NCBI RefSeq assembly: GCF_003334305.1 | Contig: NZ_QOWS01000033.1 | From: Escherichia coli | GTDB lineage: Bacteria > Pseudomonadota > Gammaproteobacteria > Enterobacterales > Enterobacteriaceae | Direction: 5' to 3' (one strand) | Length of the DNA: 35,452 bases | In this document: piece after piece, positions 30,752 through 35,452 of the stretch | Layout: every line of letters begins with the position of its first letter | Position numbering within the stretch: position 1 is the first letter of the stretch | Position numbers and translations under genes: made by a program | The notes under the pieces: generated by a model | Told to the model about the DNA's origin: nothing | Databases searched by the model: none | The model's input: only the letters and a program-made list of their open reading frames with translations

Positions 30752-31732
30752 ATGGCACAACGAGTACAGCTCACTGCAACGGTGTCCGAAAACCAACTCG
30801 GTCAACGCTTAGATCAGGCTTTGGCCGAAATGTTCCCGGATTATTCACGTTCGCGAATAAAAGAATGGATCCTCGACCAGCGCGTGCTGGTAAACGGCAA
30901 AGTTTGTGATAAGCCGAAAGAAAAAGTATTGGGTGGCGAGCAGGTTGCCATCAACGCTGAGATTGAAGAAGAAGCGCGTTTTGAACCGCAGGATATCCCG
31001 CTGGATATCGTCTATGAAGATGAAGATATCATCGTCATTAATAAACCGCGCGACCTGGTGGTACATCCTGGCGCGGGTAACCCGGATGGCACGGTACTGA
31101 ATGCGTTGCTTCATTACTATCCGCCCATTGCCGATGTACCGCGTGCGGGCATCGTCCATCGTCTGGATAAAGACACCACTGGCCTGATGGTTGTGGCAAA
31201 AACTGTTCCGGCTCAGACGCGTTTAGTCGAATCTTTGCAAAGGCGTGAAATTACTCGTGAGTATGAAGCGGTGGCAATTGGTCATATGACTGCTGGCGGT
31301 ACAGTAGATGAACCAATCAGCCGCCACCCGACCAAACGTACTCACATGGCGGTGCATCCCATGGGCAAACCGGCGGTCACTCACTATCGCATCATGGAAC
31401 ACTTCCGTGTGCACACGCGTCTGCGGTTGCGTCTGGAGACTGGACGTACGCACCAGATCCGCGTGCATATGGCCCATATCACTCATCCGCTGGTGGGCGA
31501 TCCGGTTTATGGTGGCCGTCCGCGTCCGCCAAAAGGTGCTTCGGAAGCATTTATCTCCACGCTGCGTAAATTTGACCGCCAGGCGCTACATGCAACCATG
31601 TTGCGTCTTTATCACCCGATCTCCGGCATCGAAATGGAATGGCATGCGCCTATTCCACAAGATATGGTGGAGCTGATTGAGGTGATGCGCGCCGATTTCG
31701 AAGAGCATAAGGATGAAGTGGACTGGTTATGA
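30752..31732 (+). CDS. rluD: 23S rRNA pseudouridine synthase RluD
   Basis: 326 aa with an S4-like N-terminus and the RluA-family catalytic motif (HRLDKDTTGLMVVAK). Confidence 0.95.
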   Translation: MAQRVQLTATVSENQLGQRLDQALAEMFPDYSRSRIKEWILDQRVLVNGKVCDKPKEKVLGGEQVAINAEIEEEARFEPQDIPLDIVYEDEDIIVINKPRDLVVHPGAGNPDGTVLNALLHYYPPIADVPRAGIVHRLDKDTTGLMVVAKTVPAQTRLVESLQRREITREYEAVAIGHMTAGGTVDEPISRHPTKRTHMAVHPMGKPAVTHYRIMEHFRVHTRLRLRLETGRTHQIRVHMAHITHPLVGDPVYGGRPRPPKGASEAFISTLRKFDRQALHATMLRLYHPISGIEMEWHAPIPQDMVELIEVMRADFEEHKDEVDWL

Positions 31733-32460
31733 GTAAGCTGATTGTCCCGCAGTGGCCGCTGCCAAAAGGTGTTGCGGCCTGTAGCTCTACTCGTATCGGC
31801 GGCGTGAGCTTGCCCCCGTATGACTCACTCAACCTCGGTGCCCATTGTGGCGATAACCCGGATCACGTTGAGGAGAATCGCAAGCGACTTTTTGCTGCGG
31901 GCAATTTGCCTTCTAAACCGGTCTGGCTTGAGCAGGTACACGGCAAAGATGTGCTTAAGCTTACTGGCGAACCTTATGCCTCAAAACGAGCTGATGCCTC
32001 TTATAGCAATACGCCTGGCACGGTTTGCGCAGTGATGACTGCCGACTGCCTCCCTGTGCTGTTTTGCAATCGAGTGGGAACGGAAGTCGCCGCCGCTCAT
32101 GCTGGCTGGCGTGGACTGTGCGCAGGCGTGCTGGAAGAGACGGTTTCCTGTTTTGCTGATAATCCGGAAAATATTCTCGCCTGGTTAGGGCCGGCAATTG
32201 GTCCACGCGCGTTCGAAGTGGGGGTGGAGGTTCGCGAGGCGTTTATGGCAGTAGACGCTAAAGCAAGTGCAGCTTTCATTCAGCATGGTGATAAGTATCT
32301 GGCGGATATTTATCAGCTTGCCCGGCAGCGTCTGGCGAACGTGGGTGTTGAGCAAATTTTCGGCGGCGACCGTTGTACATATACGGAAAATGAGACTTTC
32401 TTCTCTTATCGTCGCGACAAGACCACCGGTCGTATGGCAAGTTTCATTTGGCTGATATAA
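31729..32460 (+). CDS. yfiH: YfiH / PgeF (purine nucleoside phosphorylase / laccase-domain protein)
   Basis: 243 aa; start overlaps the rluD stop; conserved position before clpB. Confidence 0.85.
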   Translation: MSKLIVPQWPLPKGVAACSSTRIGGVSLPPYDSLNLGAHCGDNPDHVEENRKRLFAAGNLPSKPVWLEQVHGKDVLKLTGEPYASKRADASYSNTPGTVCAVMTADCLPVLFCNRVGTEVAAAHAGWRGLCAGVLEETVSCFADNPENILAWLGPAIGPRAFEVGVEVREAFMAVDAKASAAFIQHGDKYLADIYQLARQRLANVGVEQIFGGDRCTYTENETFFSYRRDKTTGRMASFIWLI

Positions 32461-32522
32461 CCTAAAGAATCAAGACGATCCGGTACGCGTGATTTTCTTT
32501 TCACATTAATCTGGTCAATAAC

Positions 32523-32550
32523 CTTGAATAATTGAGGGATGACCTCATTT
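32523..32550 (+). promoter_or_regulatory. Sigma-32 heat-shock promoter of clpB
   Basis: CTTGAA (32523-32528), 14-nt spacer, CCTCATTT (32543-32550), resembling the sigma-32 -35/-10 consensus. Confidence 0.5.
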
Positions 32551-32589
32551 AATCTCCAGTAGCAACTTTGATCCGTTATGGGAGGAGTT

Positions 32590-35163
32590 ATGCGTCTGGA
32601 TCGTCTTACTAATAAATTCCAGCTTGCTCTTGCCGATGCCCAATCACTTGCACTCGGGCACGACAACCAATTTATCGAACCACTTCATTTAATGAGCGCC
32701 CTGCTGAATCAGGAAGGGGGTTCGGTTAGTCCTTTATTAACATCCGCTGGCATCAATGCTGGCCAGTTGCGCACAGATATCAATCAGGCATTAAATCGTT
32801 TACCGCAGGTTGAAGGTACTGGTGGTGATGTCCAGCCATCACAGGATCTGGTGCGCGTTCTTAATCTTTGCGACAAGCTGGCGCAAAAACGTGGTGATAA
32901 CTTTATCTCGTCAGAACTGTTCGTTCTGGCGGCACTTGAGTCTCGCGGCACGCTGGCCGACATCCTGAAAGCAGCAGGGGCGACCACCGCCAACATTACT
33001 CAAGCGATTGAACAAATGCGTGGAGGTGAAAGCGTGAACGATCAAGGTGCTGAAGACCAACGTCAGGCTTTGAAAAAATATACCATCGACCTTACCGAAC
33101 GAGCCGAACAGGGCAAACTCGATCCGGTGATTGGTCGTGATGAAGAAATTCGCCGTACCATTCAGGTGCTGCAACGTCGTACTAAAAATAACCCGGTACT
33201 GATTGGTGAACCCGGCGTCGGTAAAACTGCCATCGTTGAAGGTCTGGCGCAGCGTATTATCAACGGCGAAGTGCCGGAAGGATTGAAAGGCCGCCGCGTA
33301 CTGGCGCTGGATATGGGCGCGCTGGTGGCTGGGGCGAAATATCGCGGTGAGTTTGAAGAACGTTTAAAAGGCGTGCTTAACGATCTTGCCAAACAGGAAG
33401 GCAACGTCATCCTGTTTATCGACGAATTACATACCATGGTCGGCGCGGGTAAAGCCGATGGCGCAATGGACGCCGGAAACATGCTGAAACCGGCGCTGGC
33501 GCGTGGTGAATTGCACTGCGTAGGTGCCACGACGCTTGACGAATATCGCCAGTACATTGAAAAAGATGCTGCGCTGGAACGTCGTTTCCAGAAAGTGTTT
33601 GTTGCCGAGCCTTCCGTTGAAGATACCATTGCGATTCTGCGTGGCCTGAAAGAACGTTACGAATTGCACCACCATGTGCAAATTACTGACCCGGCAATTG
33701 TTGCAGCGGCGACGTTGTCTCATCGCTACATTGCTGACCGTCAGCTGCCGGATAAAGCCATCGACCTGATCGATGAAGCAGCATCCAGCATTCGTATGCA
33801 GATTGACTCAAAACCAGAAGAACTCGACCGACTCGATCGTCGTATCATCCAGCTCAAACTGGAACAACAGGCGTTAATGAAAGAGTCTGATGAAGCCAGT
33901 AAAAAACGCCTGGATATGCTCAACGAAGAACTGAGCGACAAAGAACGTCAGTACTCCGAGTTAGAAGAAGAGTGGAAAGCAGAGAAGGCATCGCTTTCTG
34001 GTACGCAGACCATTAAAGCGGAACTGGAACAGGCGAAAATCGCTATTGAACAGGCTCGCCGTGTGGGGGACCTGGCGCGGATGTCTGAACTGCAATACGG
34101 CAAAATCCCGGAACTGGAAAAGCAACTGGAAGCCGCAACGCAGCTCGAAGGCAAAACTATGCGTCTGTTGCGTAATAAAGTGACCGATGCCGAAATTGCT
34201 GAAGTGCTGGCGCGTTGGACGGGGATTCCGGTTTCTCGCATGATGGAAAGCGAGCGCGAAAAACTGCTGCGTATGGAACAAGAACTGCACCATCGCGTCA
34301 TTGGTCAGAACGAAGCGGTTGATGCGGTATCTAACGCTATTCGCCGTAGCCGTGCGGGGTTGGCGGATCCAAATCGCCCGATTGGTTCATTCCTGTTCCT
34401 CGGCCCAACGGGTGTGGGGAAAACTGAGCTTTGTAAGGCGCTGGCGAACTTTATGTTTGATAGCGACGAGGCGATGGTCCGTATCGATATGTCCGAGTTT
34501 ATGGAGAAACACTCGGTGTCTCGTCTGGTTGGTGCGCCTCCGGGATATGTCGGTTATGAAGAAGGTGGCTACCTGACCGAAGCTGTGCGTCGTCGTCCGT
34601 ATTCCGTCATCCTGCTGGATGAAGTGGAAAAAGCGCATCCGGATGTCTTCAACATTCTGTTGCAGGTACTGGATGATGGTCGTCTGACTGACGGGCAGGG
34701 GAGAACGGTCGACTTCCGTAATACGGTTGTCATTATGACCTCTAACCTCGGTTCCGATTTGATTCAGGAACGCTTCGGTGAACTGGATTATGCGCACATG
34801 AAAGAGCTGGTGCTCGGTGTGGTAAGCCATAACTTCCGTCCGGAATTCATTAACCGTATTGATGAAGTGGTGGTCTTCCATCCGCTGGGTGAACAGCACA
34901 TTGCCTCGATTGCGCAGATTCAGTTGAAACGTCTGTACAAACGTCTGGAAGAACGTGGTTATGAAATCCACATTTCTGACGAGGCGCTGAAACTGCTGAG
35001 CGAGAACGGTTACGATCCAGTCTATGGTGCACGTCCTTTGAAACGTGCTATCCAGCAGCAGATCGAAAACCCGCTGGCACAGCAAATACTGTCTGGTGAA
35101 TTGGTTCCGGGTAAAGTGATTCGCCTGGAAGTTAATGAAGACCGGATTGTCGCCGTCCAGTAA
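32590..35163 (+). CDS. clpB: Disaggregase chaperone ClpB (Hsp100)
   Basis: 857 aa from [10 protein letters not shown]; two AAA+ modules with Walker A motifs ([16 protein letters not shown]) and a middle coiled coil. Confidence 0.95.
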
Positions 35164-35167
35164 ATGA

Positions 35168-35197
35168 TAAAACGAGCCCTTCGGGGCTCGTTTTTGT
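35168..35197 (+). terminator. Rho-independent terminator after clpB
   Basis: AAACGAGCCC-TTCG-GGGCTCGTTTTT hairpin with a T-tract. Confidence 0.7.
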
Positions 35198-35278
35198 CTA
35201 TAAGTTAGACGGAAAAGACTATATTTAAGATGTTTTGCCTGAAAAATGAGCGAACGATAAAGTTTTTATATTTTTCGC

Positions 35279-35306
35279 TTGTCAGGCCGGAATAACTCCC
35301 TATAAT
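35279..35306 (+). promoter_or_regulatory. rRNA operon P1 promoter (-35 TTGTCA, 16-bp spacer, -10 TATAAT) with an AT-rich UP element upstream
   Basis: CTTGTCAGGCCGGAATAACTCCCTATAATGCGCCACC is the characteristic rrn P1 core; an AT-rich tract precedes it at about 35240-35278. Confidence 0.7.
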
Positions 35307-35397
35307 GCGCCACCACTGACACGGAACAACGGCAAACACGCCGCCGGGTCAGCGGGGTTCTCCTGAGAATTCCGGCAGAGAAAGCAAAAATAAATGC

Positions 35398-35425
35398 TTG
35401 ACTCTGTAGCGGGAAAGCGTATTAT
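35398..35425 (+). promoter_or_regulatory. rRNA operon P2 promoter (-35 TTGACT, -10 TATTAT)
   Basis: TTGACTCTGTAGCGGGAAAGCGTATTATGCACACCCCGCGCCGCTGAG matches the rrn P2 core; the rRNA gene itself lies beyond the window. Confidence 0.65.
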
Positions 35426-35452
35426 GCACACCCCGCGCCGCTGAGAAAAAGC

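Noticed and set aside
33162-35085. Multiple minus-strand ORFs (up to 232 aa) inside clpB
   Set aside because: Antisense to the 857-aa clpB with both AAA+ modules intact.

Overview
This window reads like an Escherichia coli-type chromosome in which the tail end of a P2-like prophage (1–~9520) abuts the 3' end of the tmRNA gene ssrA (10807–11169, minus strand), followed by about 24 kb of conserved core genes (smpB, ratAB, bamE, recN, nadK, grpE, ffh, rpsP-rimM-trmD-rplS, yfiBNR, aroF-tyrA, pheLA, raiA, bamD, rluD, clpB) and the start of an rRNA operon promoter region. The prophage part carries an invertible tail-fibre cassette with a Pin/Gin-type invertase, then sheath, tube, E/E' chaperone with a -1 frameshift site, tape measure, U, D and ogr. 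The most interesting stretch is the ~1.3 kb AT-rich island between ogr and ssrA (about 9530–10700). It holds a structured non-coding region closed by a long-range inverted repeat, a small hydrophobic ORF, and a compact reverse transcriptase with retron/Abi-like motifs. I read this as a candidate RT-based anti-phage module carried as prophage cargo; its family and novelty cannot be settled without database searches. All gene calls rest on the supplied translations, motifs I could read directly, and remembered gene order; no similarity search was run.
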